Shown here piece by piece: positions 47,700 to 60,000 of a DNA stretch of 60,000 bases (the stretch's first letter is position 1; each line of letters opens with the position of its first letter). Position numbers and translations under genes: made by a program. The notes under the pieces are model-generated. The model was not told where the DNA came from, ran no database searches, and saw only the letters and a list, made by a program, of their open reading frames with translations. Origin of the DNA: Camelus dromedarius (taxonomy: Eukaryota); assembly GCF_036321535.1 (NCBI RefSeq), contig NC_087447.1, positions 45,076,001 to 45,136,000 on the forward strand. The letters run 5' to 3'.

Positions 47700-49874
47700 G
47701 CCTGGAGCAGATGACCTGGGACCTCACTTCCTGTTCACAGAGATAGAGGAAAATACATATTCTTTTAAATATATTAGTAAGAAGTACTATGCTAGTGTAT
47801 TTTGAGAAGATATCAGGAGCTCTGGGCATAGCATACTCTCCATCTTCTTTGACATGCAGCTAATGGGAAATGTGCAAAGATGAAAGGATAGGGTCTGCAT
47901 CCCCGTGAGTACAGCCAGTTACACTTACCTCCAACTAGTCAAAGTAAGAGATGCTATGGTATGTATTTCACTTTCAAAAAGAGGAAAATGAATACAGAGA
48001 ATAAATCAGGACGCATAACTGGGAAGAGTGCAAGAAGATGATGATACTTGAACGTGACTGAAAATGATGAGTTCATAATAAATTATGAATGAAAAGAGAA
48101 GTGAAGCAGCATAACACAAATATAGAGATCACTGCAAGGTAAATATCCAGGAAGGTCATGACATCACCAGCGAAGGGCAAAATGTACCTAGTGTGCATAG
48201 GGGGTTATGTAGACAGATTTTCCTGACCGATCACAGCTTAACACTTAGATTTCATCTTTTACACGGAGGGTAGCCATCTGATGTCTTGAAGCTAGTAGTT
48301 TACAACAATTACTCTAATGTAGAATGATGACCTGCGGGGGTTTATTGGAATAGTAATTGACTGAAGAGTTTGATGCTAAAAGGATAGTCACGCTCCAGGA
48401 AGAGAATATAATATAATGTAATGTATGTAATGAATGTAATATAATCACAAAAGAATTAAACTGGTATTTAGTAAGCATTGTCTTATGCCAGGGACTGTAG
48501 CATGCATATTGCGTGCAGCAAGTTATATACTGTCCATTTAGGGAGTAGATTATCTACTTGACGAGGTGGATGTTATGTCTATTTCACACCTAAGGAAAAT
48601 GAAACTCAGAGAATATGAATCCCTTGCCAAATTTCCCAACAAACAATTGATAAAAATGAGTTTGGAACCATCTGACTTCACCACATCCAGTTTGTTCCCT
48701 TGTGAAGGGGATTGTGAGAACTTTGAGAAGTAACAGGCAGGGCTTGTGTGGCTGAGAAGAGGCATCCTTCATGCTCACACATTGGGGAGCTAAGCTTAGA
48801 AAGAACTGAAACTGGAAAAAGGAAGACATTATTGCTGACGGGCACAGGGTTGCAGTCCTTGATATTTGGAAGATTCTTCAGCTGATAGAAATTAACACGT
48901 AATTTTGCCAATTACTTTCTAATGTACACTTTTCTTCATTCATTAGCTTATTCATTCAACAAGCACATTTTGAGCAGTGACTGTTTTTCAGGCATTGTGC
49001 TGTGCAACTGGGTCCTTACTAAGTTCATGGTTTGAGAGAATGGTGGATATGTAAGCAGACAGAGCTAGTAAAATGTTGCAGATGTAATGAGCCCAGAGGA
49101 CACCTTCTGAGAAGACAGCAGTGTCCAATAAAAAAATGGGGCCAAATAACATGCCTACTTCAAGGGCTTTCTGAGGATATTAAAGGAAGGGGTATCTTAA
49201 AATATCTAGCTCAGTGGCTAAGATATATCTTATACTTATTAACGTTATTTCTTCTACTCCAAGTCCCCCTCTTGGTACCCCTGATCTTTCTTCCTGGGAG
49301 GAAAACGGGCTCCTGTTATATTAGCCAAGATCCCTGGTTGTCTCCCAAAGCCCCCTCCAATGCCTGGCTCAGGGCAGGTGATTGTAGTCCCTTGTCATTC
49401 TCAGGGCTCCTTTCATGCTTTGCCAACAGGAGTCTGTAGTCTAAGTAAATATGTTTTCTGTTTTCTCATCTCTCCTCTAATTATTAGGGCACCAGCCATT
49501 TATTGGGTTTATTACATTATTTACCCCCTTCAGTAACCTCCATCTAGCCCATGTGCTCTCAACCGCCCTTCCCAGACCTCACCCTCCACAGCTGCTATGA
49601 CCAATCAGATTTGTGCCTCTGGTCTTTCCCATTCTTTGCCCACATATATCAAGAGTCTTCAAGAGTCCTGTCACCTCTGGCCTGTCTGAGACATAACACC
49701 TGCCCTTGTCTTTACCTTGATTCTGGAATCACCCCCACGCACAAATGTCTGATTCACTCACCAGCCTTAGGCTGAGACTACAGGGGCAGACAGGCAGGAG
49801 GTCTGTCATAAAGGTCAGCTTGTGAGGGGTCAGGAGTAGGGCTGTTTATCCTCCTTTATGGAACCCTTGTGGGA

Positions 49875-50190
49875 AGCACTTACGTCAGGACTCCAGGGAC
49901 AGAGCGGTCTCTAGCAGCCTCACCCTCTTCCCAAGGGATCTGACTCTCTAAAGCCACTGCCCACCTCCCACTCTTCCTTCTGATCCTCCTCTTCCTGGTT
50001 TCTCTCAACCTGCTGACATAAAAGCCTTTTCCACCTCATCTAGCCTTGCTACAGGCCTATTTTAATGAACGTGAACCATGTTTTCACCAGGAATGTGAAG
50101 ACTTATAATAAACATGTGCAATGATTTGTAAAGTTTGGCTCCTCTTGAAAAAAAATGCACGGAAGTTACATTCATCCCCTGGGTTTTTGT
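49875..50190 (-). promoter_or_regulatory. Putative OR promoter/non-coding exon
   Basis: O/E (EBF) site TCCCAAGGGA at 49929-49938, a second O/E-like site ~50175, TAATGA ~50063, minus-strand donor GAC|GTAAGT at 49884. Confidence 0.4.
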
Positions 50191-51149
50191 AAGTTTCACA
50201 TTTCACAGGTAATAATACTTACCTGTTAACCAAGGGAATTTACATGTACCTGCAGAATAATTCGTAGAAGAGGTGTGCGTCTTGATTACCTTGGACATTT
50301 GTATTTCATTCCCCTGCCACCTTTGGCTGTATTTAAGATTTTTCAATCTATCTTAATTTTCAGTATGAGTATGATGTACCCCGGCATACTTTTTTTGTTT
50401 TTATCCTTTCAGGTTCACTGAGCTTTTTGAATCTCTAAATTTATGATTTGTGCCTAATTTGCAAAATTTCAGTAGTTATTATTGTCAAAAGTTTTTTTCT
50501 GTCTCATTCTCTCTCTCATTTCATTTTATGTCCCCAACCACACATATGTTAGATCTTTTGATGTGGTTTCATCAGTATCAAGAATCTCTCTCTCTCTGTC
50601 TTTTTTTCCCTCTCTCTCTCTCTCCTTCAGTTGGACAGTTCTGCTAATAAGTCTCATGGTTAGTTACTAGAAGTGCAATTACCTTGGTCAAAGAGTACAT
50701 GCATTTATAGTTTTATTGGATATTGAAGATTCCCTCCACAGTGATTGCACCATTTTTGATTGCTACTAGCAAAATATGAGTGCCTTTTTTCTCATAATTT
50801 TGCCAGCAGAGTATGTTGTCAAGCTTTTGAACTTTGTCAATCTGATTGTGTATCACATGTGGCTGAGTACCTGCAAAAGTGGCTGCCAATCATTCTTCTG
50901 TCTGCTGTACAGACATGGCATCCCCCATACATGAGGTGTAGTCTGTTTTCCAGCACCCTGAATATGAGGTGGACTTTTGTCTTGCTTTGACCAACAGAAT
51001 AGGTTTGAAGTGTTGTGTGAAATTCAGGGTATTGCACCTTGTAACTTCCATTTTGTCTTCTTGGATGCCAGGATCCATTCAGAAAATTTAGGATAGATGA
51101 ATGAATAAAAGGCCATGAGGAGGGAGATCACAAAGAGGTCAACCAAGGC

Positions 51150-52840
51150 ACAACACCACATAGGAATACAAAAGACAGAACAGACAAAGCAAATTTGAAA
51201 ATGAACCAAAAGTTAGAAAACTTATACTAGCTTATTTCAAGACTTATTATGAAGCCACAGTAATCAATATATACAATATTGATGCAAAGATAGACAAGTA
51301 GATGAATGGAAAAGAACAGAGTCCCGAAATAGATTCACATATATATGATCAACTGAGACATGATGAAGGTGTAAAGCCAATTCAGTGGGAAAGGAGAATC
51401 TTTTCAACAAATAGTGCTGGAATGGGGGGGAGGGTATAGCACAGTGGTAGAGCACATGCCTACCATGCATGAGGTCATGGGTTCGATCCCCAGTACGTCT
51501 GTTAAATAAAAAATAATAGTAAATAAATAAACCTATTATCCCCCCCTCCAAAAAAAATAGTGCTGGAAAAACTGGATCCAAATACAAAGAGATGGATTTT
51601 GATCTCCTACTTTGCACTACTTAAAAAACAAAATCGCAAAGTGGTTCATAGACTTAGTATAAAATCCAAATTATATAAAATATCTAGAAGAAAACTAAGG
51701 AAAAATTCTTCGTGACCTTTTGTTAGGAAAAAGTTCTTAGATAAAACATCAAAAGCATGACCCATAAAAGAAAAATTTGCTAAGTTAGACATTATCAAAA
51801 TTAAGAACGTCTGTTCTCTGAAAGACTATTAAGAGAATGAATAGGCAAGGCACATACTGGGAGAAGATATATGCAAGGCAGATACAGAATGAGGGGCTTA
51901 TATCAAGAATGTATAAAAAGTTCTTCAAACTCAGTAACAAGAAAATAAGCAATCCAATTTTTTAAAAAAATTAGCAAAAGACTTGAAAAGACGTTTCACC
52001 AAAGAAGCTATGCAGATGACAAAGCAAGCAAGCAAGCAAGCAAGCAAGCTCAACATCCCTAGGCTTTAGAGAAATTAAAATTAAAGCCACAATGAGATAT
52101 CCCACTACACATCTATTAGAACATTTAAAATTAAAATAATAAAAGTTTAAAAACTTAAAAAAAGTGCAAACAGCCAAAATCACAAGAAAAAAAAGAGTTC
52201 AAATAAAATTAAAGACCGATCAAACCAAATTATGGCAAGGATGTAGAGCAACTTCTGCACCAATAGGGCAGATGTAAAATGGTATAATCACTTTCGAAAA
52301 TTGTTTTCAAAAAAAAATTACCTATATAGTACCTCCCATATAACCTATTCCACTACTACTAGGTGTTTATCCAAGAAATGAAAGCATATGCTCATTGGAA
52401 GACTTCTACAATAAATGTTTATAACAGCCATATTTGTAATGGCCCCAAACTAGAAGCAACCCAAATTTCCATCAACAGGTGAATGAAATTATTGTATATC
52501 CAAATGATGGAATACTATTTGGCAATTAAAAAGGAATAGATTCTTGATATATGCAAAAACCTGGTGAATGAAAGAAACCAGGCAGTAATCCTGTATGATT
52601 CCATTTATATAAAACTCTATAAAATGCAAACTATAGTGACAAAACACAGAACAGGGTTTGCTAGAAGATGGGGTTGGGGGAGGGAACAGAAAGGAGGTAT
52701 TACAAAGGAGCAGGGGAAACTTTTGAGGGGGGTGGATATCTTTTTCTGATGATGATGATGGTTTCACAAGTCAAAATTCATCAAACTGTATACTTTAAAT
52801 ATATGCAATTTACTGTATGTCAGTATACCACAATGAAGAT
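51150..52840 (+). mobile_element. Old LINE-1 3' ORF2/3'UTR fragment
   Basis: gacttattatgaagccacagtaatcaa, cttttcaacaaatagtgctgg, and a 3'UTR-like end tgtatactttaaatatatgcaatt. Confidence 0.8.
51424..51554 (+). mobile_element. tRNA-derived SINE of the camelid Vic-1 type, nested in L1
   Basis: ggggagggtatagcacagtggtagagc (A box) ... ggttcgatcccc (B box), A-rich tail, 14-bp TSD aaatagtgctggaa (51409-51422, 51555-51568). Confidence 0.85.
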
Positions 52841-54239
52841 ACTTTAGAAGCTCCTTCCTCCCTACCCCCCAGATTCCCTTTAAATTAGAATCAAGTGTAA
52901 ATGCCGGCCCTAGCGAGCAGACTTGGGAGGTGTCAGGACAATTACACCATTTGCCTAGAGCTCTGGTGACAGCATTACTCTTCTCTTTTCTTTTTGAGCC
53001 TTAGGCCACAGGACAGAATAACCACAGCCCCAGAAACTAAAGCAGAGACTCTGGGTTTTCTGTGATGGGGAAAAGGAGTTCCTTAAAGTTCCAGGCACTC
53101 CTGGGATCCGTGTAATAGACCACTAGGTCTCCACCAAAATCTGTGTTTCCTTTGCAATTTGATTGTACATAATTGGGTATGGCTAGACATTTCTACAATC
53201 TTCCTTGCAGATAGATGAGGCCCCTTGGTTATTCTCAGCAACAGAAAATGAGCAGAAATTATGAATCCCATATATTAACTAAAGATTTAGGAAGCAAATT
53301 GCCTTCTGTTTTCTTTATCCTTCTGCTGGCTGAATGCTGAGAACATACTGTCCTAGGGAATGGAGGAGTCACAGATTGAAAAATAAAAGATATTGGACTC
53401 TGAATCCCACAGGGAACAGTGCCACTCACCTGCTAGTTGCACTCATAGCAGATTTTTACATGAAAAAGAAATGAATGTCTTTAGTATCTGATTCACTATA
53501 TACTTCTGAATATACTTTTTTCATAGCAGTTCAATCTACTGCAAAACCATCAAAGCCAGCAGGCCTCTGCCCAAATCCCCCAACGGCCTAGGAGGAAGTC
53601 AGGGCTCAAACTCATTCCAAGGAATTTAATTCTCCCCAAATCTCGGATTGAGCAAACTTCCCCAAATCTCACCTACTCGGTTCTAGCAAGTACTTTGTCT
53701 TTCCATATTATCTAAGGTCATCCACTGGATACCTCCGCAGGTAGCGGACAGCTAGGCCAACTCCTTTTGCCTCTGATCCCCCAGCTTCCACCAGCTCCAT
53801 GAACACTGGGTTGCCTGTTTTCTCTCCTTTCATACTTCTTCCAATTGAAGTGCAAATTAGGGTGAGGAGTGTGCATTTGGCCTCTGTCTCCCAAACAAAA
53901 CCCTACCCTAGACCAAACCAGTCCTGGGCTTTGGCTGTAACCTTTATCTCATCAGACACCAGCGCCGAGCCCAGTGGATGAACTCAAACCATGAAGGAAT
54001 GCCAAGTGTCCAACAGATTAAGGGCTGAAGATAGGGACCAGACTAGGCAGTCATATGCTCTGGCCATGAACTCTTCCTGTGATCTTCCAAATTGTGAATT
54101 TCTAGATATGTTGAGATCCAATTCTCCCTGCCATTATCTTCTGCTACAGATATGCCTCTGAGGGGCAGGGAGTCCCTCTAGAAATAAACATATCTGCCTT
54201 CCACTAGGGCCCCTGGGGATAAAATTGCATTACAGGAAG

Positions 54240-54552
54240 AAGTATGTGATAGAAATGCAATGTCAGTCACATATGTAATTAAAAATTTTCTAGTCTCTAC
54301 ATCCAAAAAATCAAATGAAGCAGGTAAAGTTAATATATATTTTATTTCATCCAATATATCCAAGGTATTATCACTGCAATCAACAATATAAAAGTTACTA
54401 TCAAGGTATTATACTTTATTTTTTGAACTAAGTTTTCAAAATCCAATGTGCATTTTATACGTACAGTGCATCCCAATTCTGACTGGGCACGTCTGAGGTG
54501 CTCAACAGCCACTGACGGCTCCTGGCTACCATGATGGACAGCCAGCTCTAGT
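54240..54552. mobile_element. MER3/MER33-like DNA transposon
   Basis: cacatatgtaattaaaaattttctagt ... gtgctcaacagccac..ggctaccatgatggacag. Confidence 0.6.
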
Positions 54553-55619
54553 CAACTCCTTGACTTTCATTTCCACCCTCACATCCACCTCATTTCTTTT
54601 ATAGTTGGCTCAAAAAGCATGTAGCACCTCTCTACCAAAGTCAAAGCAGCTCATTAACGAGCTGTTCATGTTTGAGTACGAAGAAAAGGAGGTACAAGAA
54701 GTTAAAACAAATCATTCTTTTCCTAAAAGTGCTTTATATTAACCATCTTCTCTTTACATTTTCCTCCCATTCTGGGAGAAAAAAATCTGTATCGAATTGA
54801 TCATTTTCCTCTTTTCTGTTTTCACTTCAAGGTATTTGGAAGATTAAAAAAACATTTTTTTTTTCACTTACTACCTTAGGTTTTTAAGATCCATGAAGAT
54901 TGTAGTTAGAAAAGGGAAGTTAGAATCTCACTAATTCGAATTTAAAGCTATGAAAATTAACACTATAATGGTTTATAGCACTCAATTCTCTATATACTTG
55001 TACAAAAATACAGCAATTTTTTTGCTCATGTATTGCATTTTATAAAACCTGACAACGATGTTACAAGAGTGTAAAATTACAGGTCAATTTCTTTCATAAA
55101 TAGAGATGAAAACAAAACCCAAACAATGTATTAGCACAAACGAATCCAGTATTGCACATGAACAGTAGTGGTTTATTTCAGAAATCTGTATTGGATTTAG
55201 AAACTGAAACAAATCAATGTACTCCAATAACAGAATAAAGATGACACCTGATTATCTCAATAATTAGAGACAACGTCTATTGAACTTCAATTTCCCATTC
55301 AGTACAAAAACTGACATCAAATTAATAGGAGAGAACTTCCTAAATTTGATTCCATGCCTCAGCAAAGAAAAATCTCCATCAAACACCATGCTTAATGGTA
55401 AACTGTTGAAAGCGTCCCCTCACCCATCTCAAGATCTGTAATTAATCAGTCAAGGATGTTCACTATCACTGTTGGGTTACTCAACTCTAGCATTGAGTAA
55501 ATGTTCAAAGGGAAAGGAGTGATAACCCAAGAAAATGGAAAGTAAAAAAGGAAAGACAAATGCAGGTGAGCCCCAGAGTACAGGCTACTGCTCGGATGCA
55601 GGTACAAACAGCAGAAAGT

Positions 55620-58412
55620 TCAAGGACTTGGGCGACGCAGGGTCATCGGGACTACACAGTTGCAGGGATTAAAATATGCACAAAGTGTGGTAGGAAAGTA
55701 ATATTTAGAGAAGGTGTAGATGGGGAAGCCATGGTTGGTGACGTTATAAAAGGAGACCGTGCCAGCCTCATAGTCTAAGAAGACCCCAACACGGCGGGGA
55801 CGCACTGTCATGGAGAGGAGCAGGGAAGTGGACGAGTCCTCGTAGGCTCGGTATTCGTGTTTATGATGTAACCCGATCACCCAGTATCCACTCTGAGGTT
55901 GATATCGGGAGTACACATTCCGACTGTGGGCAAACTGGCTGAAAGAAAACGCGGGTCCTGCAGAATCACTGCACACACCCAGGATCCAGTCAGTCTTCTT
56001 GGTCACATCGACTTCCCAGTAATGCTTCCCTGAGGAGAAGTGCTGAGAACCCAGGACACCACAGCCATAATGCTCTTCCAGGTGAGACCCAGACACCTGA
56101 GCACCCACAAATCTCACCTGCCTCCGGTTCTTGGACAGGACGAGATTTAAGTTAGCCGTGTGTGGATTCAGAGTCACGTCCACTGTGAGCAAAAGGCACA
56201 ACATCAGCAGGTGAGCATGGGTATGTGGGTCTTACGACTCTGAGGAGAGGATACACAGGATGTGGGTGGGAGGAATAGGTGCTGTGCGGTGGTGGGCCTG
56301 GGGGAGGGGCAGGCAGCTAGCAACACCTCACACCTGAGCGTGTGTGGGGCTTTGTTTGGGGAGAATAAGAACACATCAGCTCAAAGAGGTCACGACTGCT
56401 ACTTACCCCAGTAGCTTTGGACATCTGTCAGCTCTGTAATGACAAAGAGTCAATCACTTACATAGAACCAGCCATCTCAGGTCCGCTCTCTCTCCCCTTA
56501 CCTGCTTGAGGGGTGCAGCAGGGAATTCTGTGAGGATGTGAGCTGGCCATTTCATTCCCCCTTAAGTCTGAACTGCATCTTCTTCTGCACATTATTATGT
56601 CCCTCCATCTCCATCTCTCTCTCTTTGCCACTCTTCCCAAATCTCACCCATACCCTCTGTTCTTTTTATTTCTTAATAGTATAATAATCCCCCATCCAAA
56701 CTGTTTCCTGTATGTCCTCACCTCTAAACACTCGCAGCATCTTTTTCAGATCTGGGGCTCGAAACACACTCTTCAGCTTGGTAGGGAGAGCTTCTGGCTT
56801 CTTCAGGGTCCAGAACTCACTCCTGGAGAGAACAGACAATATGAATCTCCAACACTGCTGACCTTGGGTTCCTCTAACAACTGTCTCCCTCCTCTCCCAG
56901 GCCCACTGGTGAACTTCAACATTCTTTCCTGAAGAAACTTAGCATCATTCTGCAAAAGCCCTGGCACCAGAGCCAGAAGACCTGGACTAAAAACTAGCTT
57001 CTCATCTTCTGTGTAAACATTGATAAGATTTTCATTCTTTTTAATGGCTGAGTAATAATCAATCGTACACACATATCACATCTTCTTTATCTAGTCACCT
57101 GTTGATAGACACTTGGGCTGCTTCCACATCTTGGCTATTGTAAATAGTGCTGTGATGAACACTGGGGTGCACGTGTCTCTGGTACAGCGCAGGGAATAAT
57201 ATAGCCAATATTTTATAATAACTGCAAATGCAGTATTATCTATAAAAATATTGAATCACTATGTGGTACACCTGAAGCTAACACACTATTGCAAATCAAC
57301 TACACGTCAATTTAAAAAAAAAGCTGATCAGATTTATCCCTCAAAGGCTCATTTTTGTTTCTTTGTTTGGTTTGTTGTTGTTTTGTAAAAATATGGTAAT
57401 TTTCCCTTCTTTCTCTCCATCCCAGAGACTGTATAATATTACATAAAATAATGGCTGGGAAATCCTTTGCTAACCCCGAAAAGATACAAAATACTTAAAA
57501 TGTCAGTGCCCTCTTAGAGGGTCTACAGGTACCTGTGTTGACAGGCAGAACATCAGGACCTGTTGCTGGGGTTTGGAGAGTACCAGGTGAAGGGTTCCCT
57601 TCTGAAGGGTCTCTGGTTTAGGTCTTAAGGTCTCACAGAGGGCTAGGGAGAAAGACCCCCAGAACAGCCTCTTAGGACTCACTGTCTCCGGGACAGTGAA
57701 GAAAGGAGATGTCCTCACCTCCACACTGAGAGTGAAGACTTCAAAAGGGACCACAGGCTCTAAGGTCATGTGTTTGTGAGGACCTTATGGGAACCAGGTA
57801 TGTGGGCAACTTTAGATGTCACCTTGATTGAATGAAATTCTAGAGCATGTGATAGAGAACGTGTTTTTGTTCCAAGGCCAAAGCCATTCTTTTCAAGATC
57901 TCAGGTCTATGTTGTTACTGGAATTGAGAAAAATAGAAGTCTGAGGAAGACTAGGTAGCAAGGCGTGGACTGCTTCAAAGCCAAGGGAGGAAGGGAGACT
58001 TAAGCAGGTGTCCCAAGAGCTGATTCCTGAGCCTCGGGAAACACTGCAGATGGGAAATTTCCCTCTGATAAAATATGTGGGCAAAGAAAATCCCTGTGAA
58101 TTCTGAGGTAGCTATGAACTACTAGTATCAGGGCTGGAAGCAGGTTCACAGGTTTGTGGAAAAGGAGTTCCACCATGAGGTGCCACCCTTGATTCTTAAG
58201 GGCACTACTGTCCCCAGTTTGTGACCTCTCACTACCCAAATTCTCCTACCCTTGAAACCAAGCCATTCCTTTTACTTTTGGGACCCCCAAAGTTCTCATG
58301 ATAAGCAACTCAAGGCACTGTACTCCTAAAATCTTCCCTGCCTTGTGACTATATTTTGTCCTTTCCCACTCATGTTCTCCTACACATACCTTTTGGTGAC
58401 ATCACTCACATC
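55620..58412 (-). CDS. TRIM6: TRIM6, 3' part (last four exons; the rest lies beyond the right edge)
   Basis: Exons 58412-58390 (23), 56822-56722 (101), 56433-56407 (27, ELTDVQSYW), 56182-55620 ([31 protein letters not shown]...[12 protein letters not shown]...[10 protein letters not shown]), typical of TRIM6. Confidence 0.92.
57030..57322 (+). mobile_element. 5'-inverted truncated L1 in TRIM6 intron
   Basis: 57030-57180 is ORF2-end sequence in minus orientation (YYSAIKKNE); 57181-57322 is an L1 3' end in plus orientation with an A tail. Confidence 0.7.
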
Positions 58413-60000
58413 CTAGGGAAGAAAGAGACAGGTTAAGTCAAGGAGTAATAGGCCTCGTCCTCTAATACAGCCTCACTCATGCACGTCCCTTGTCCTGTCC
58501 CCACCCCACCACTCCCTGGTATGATGGGGAGACTTAGGCCCCAGTAATGGAGGCCACAGAGTAGAGCTAAGAACTCAGAGCAGACTGTCCCTGAGACTCC
58601 ATGTAGGGATGTCAGGAAATGATTCAGTTCATTCATTAGTGCCTTTAATTTTACACCAGTGTGTGTGTGTGTGCACGCGCGCATGTGTGTATGTGTGTGT
58701 GTAATGTTACAAGTGTACATCATCTGTTATTTGCCAGGCACTATGTCTGGCCCTAGAGGCTCTCATGTGAGTAAGTCCTAATTTCTGTCCTCAAGATGCT
58801 TACATTCTGGTTGCTAAGGATACAGGGGCCTTAAACATGGTTTTCTAAAACCTCACCTCCCCTAATCCTCTGTGCTAGCTTTGCTGATTTCACATATTTT
58901 TCTTGATCTCAACACACATGTGTTGATGGTTCCCAAATCTGTGCTTCTGCTTGCATCTCTTTTATACACCCCAGCAAATGAGCCACGGGCACCACGACCT
59001 CAAGATGTGTAAAATAAAACTTACATTTCCTGCAACCACGAGGTCTTCTCTGTTATCTTCCATCTTCCTTGATACCAGCGTCCAGTGACCAGATGTAAAC
59101 AAAGTACTGTCCTAAAAACTACTTTATATTCATCCTGAGGTCCCATCTTAGACCACGTCAACCTCTTTCACACCCCTGAATCCTTGCAGCCACCTCCGCT
59201 TTCCCATCGTCACTGCCACTGCTGGCCTCATTTGAGTGGAGCTGTCTCATGGCCTCCTAATTAGTCTTCCTAACTTCTGCTCTATACACCTCAGTGCATC
59301 AGAAGAAAAGGCCAATGGTTTGATCTATATAACATAGGAACAACCATTTCATGGTATCGGGGTTATTTTTGGTTGCATTTGAAAAAAAACCACAACTCTA
59401 ACCGGCTTGAACATGCAAAGCGGTAGAGGTGGTAGATATGTCAACTTACACCAGATACCCAGCATTACATCCTCTTAAGGCATGGCTGTAATAAGGAACT
59501 CAAATGATCAAATCAGGATACTGTTTCGTGCCTATTCCTCTTGGCTTTATTCTTAGGGTTTACATTTTGAAACTCGAAAGCTGCAGGCTTGCATTCAGCT
59601 GTCAAATCTTAATGGGCAATAACTGTCCAACAGAGGTGGAAAAGAGAAGGAGGAATGTGTCTGGAATGAGCAAGTTCTAGAAAACTGACTGCGAGGTAAC
59701 ACTCAAGCTCACATGACCACCAGGCAGCCTTATTAGTGGGTGTAAGAGGCGACAGGTGCCTGAACTTGCTATTGTATGAATGGATGATCCATTTGCACTT
59801 ATAAAGCCATTTTTCCAGCTTGAGGAATCTGTGAAGGGGCTAGAACGAGTACTGGAAGGAGCAAGCATGACAGAAAGCCAACATCAAAAGATGAAGAAGA
59901 AAAGAAGAATAAAATGAAGATGTGAAACCGGGAGTGAGTTTAGTACGCATCTGCCTGTGACTAAGCTGGGTGAAAAAACCCAGCATGACAAATCCCAGCC

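Noticed and set aside
1..60000. CRISPR arrays, rRNA or prokaryotic systems
   Set aside because: The sequence is mammalian with spliced genes and LINE/SINE repeats; no repeat-spacer array seen.

Overview
Mammalian TRIM6-TRIM34-TRIM5 antiviral cluster, probably from a camelid (a Vic-1-type tRNA-derived SINE is present). All TRIM genes lie on the minus strand. Right to left: the 3' part of TRIM6 (exons 5-8); an OR52B4-like olfactory receptor pseudogene; an intact TRIM34 (487 aa); a truncated TRIM5 paralog whose RING-B-box exon is fused in frame to the LINE-1 ORF1 coiled-coil region (188-aa ORF, 25136-25702); an intact TRIM5-like gene (495 aa, 9896-17785); and the promoter/intron 1 of another paralog running off the left edge. 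Positions 1-6777 and 18516-25325 are near-identical recent duplicates carrying a promoter, an MLT2 LTR, an old NUMT (ND1 end, tRNA-Ile/Gln/Met, ND2) and an L1 ORF1 remnant. Other notable items are ISRE turnover between paralogs, a GC-biased substitution cluster, B-box substitutions in TRIM34 and a tailless tRNA-Gly half retroposon. All alignments and counts were done by eye.
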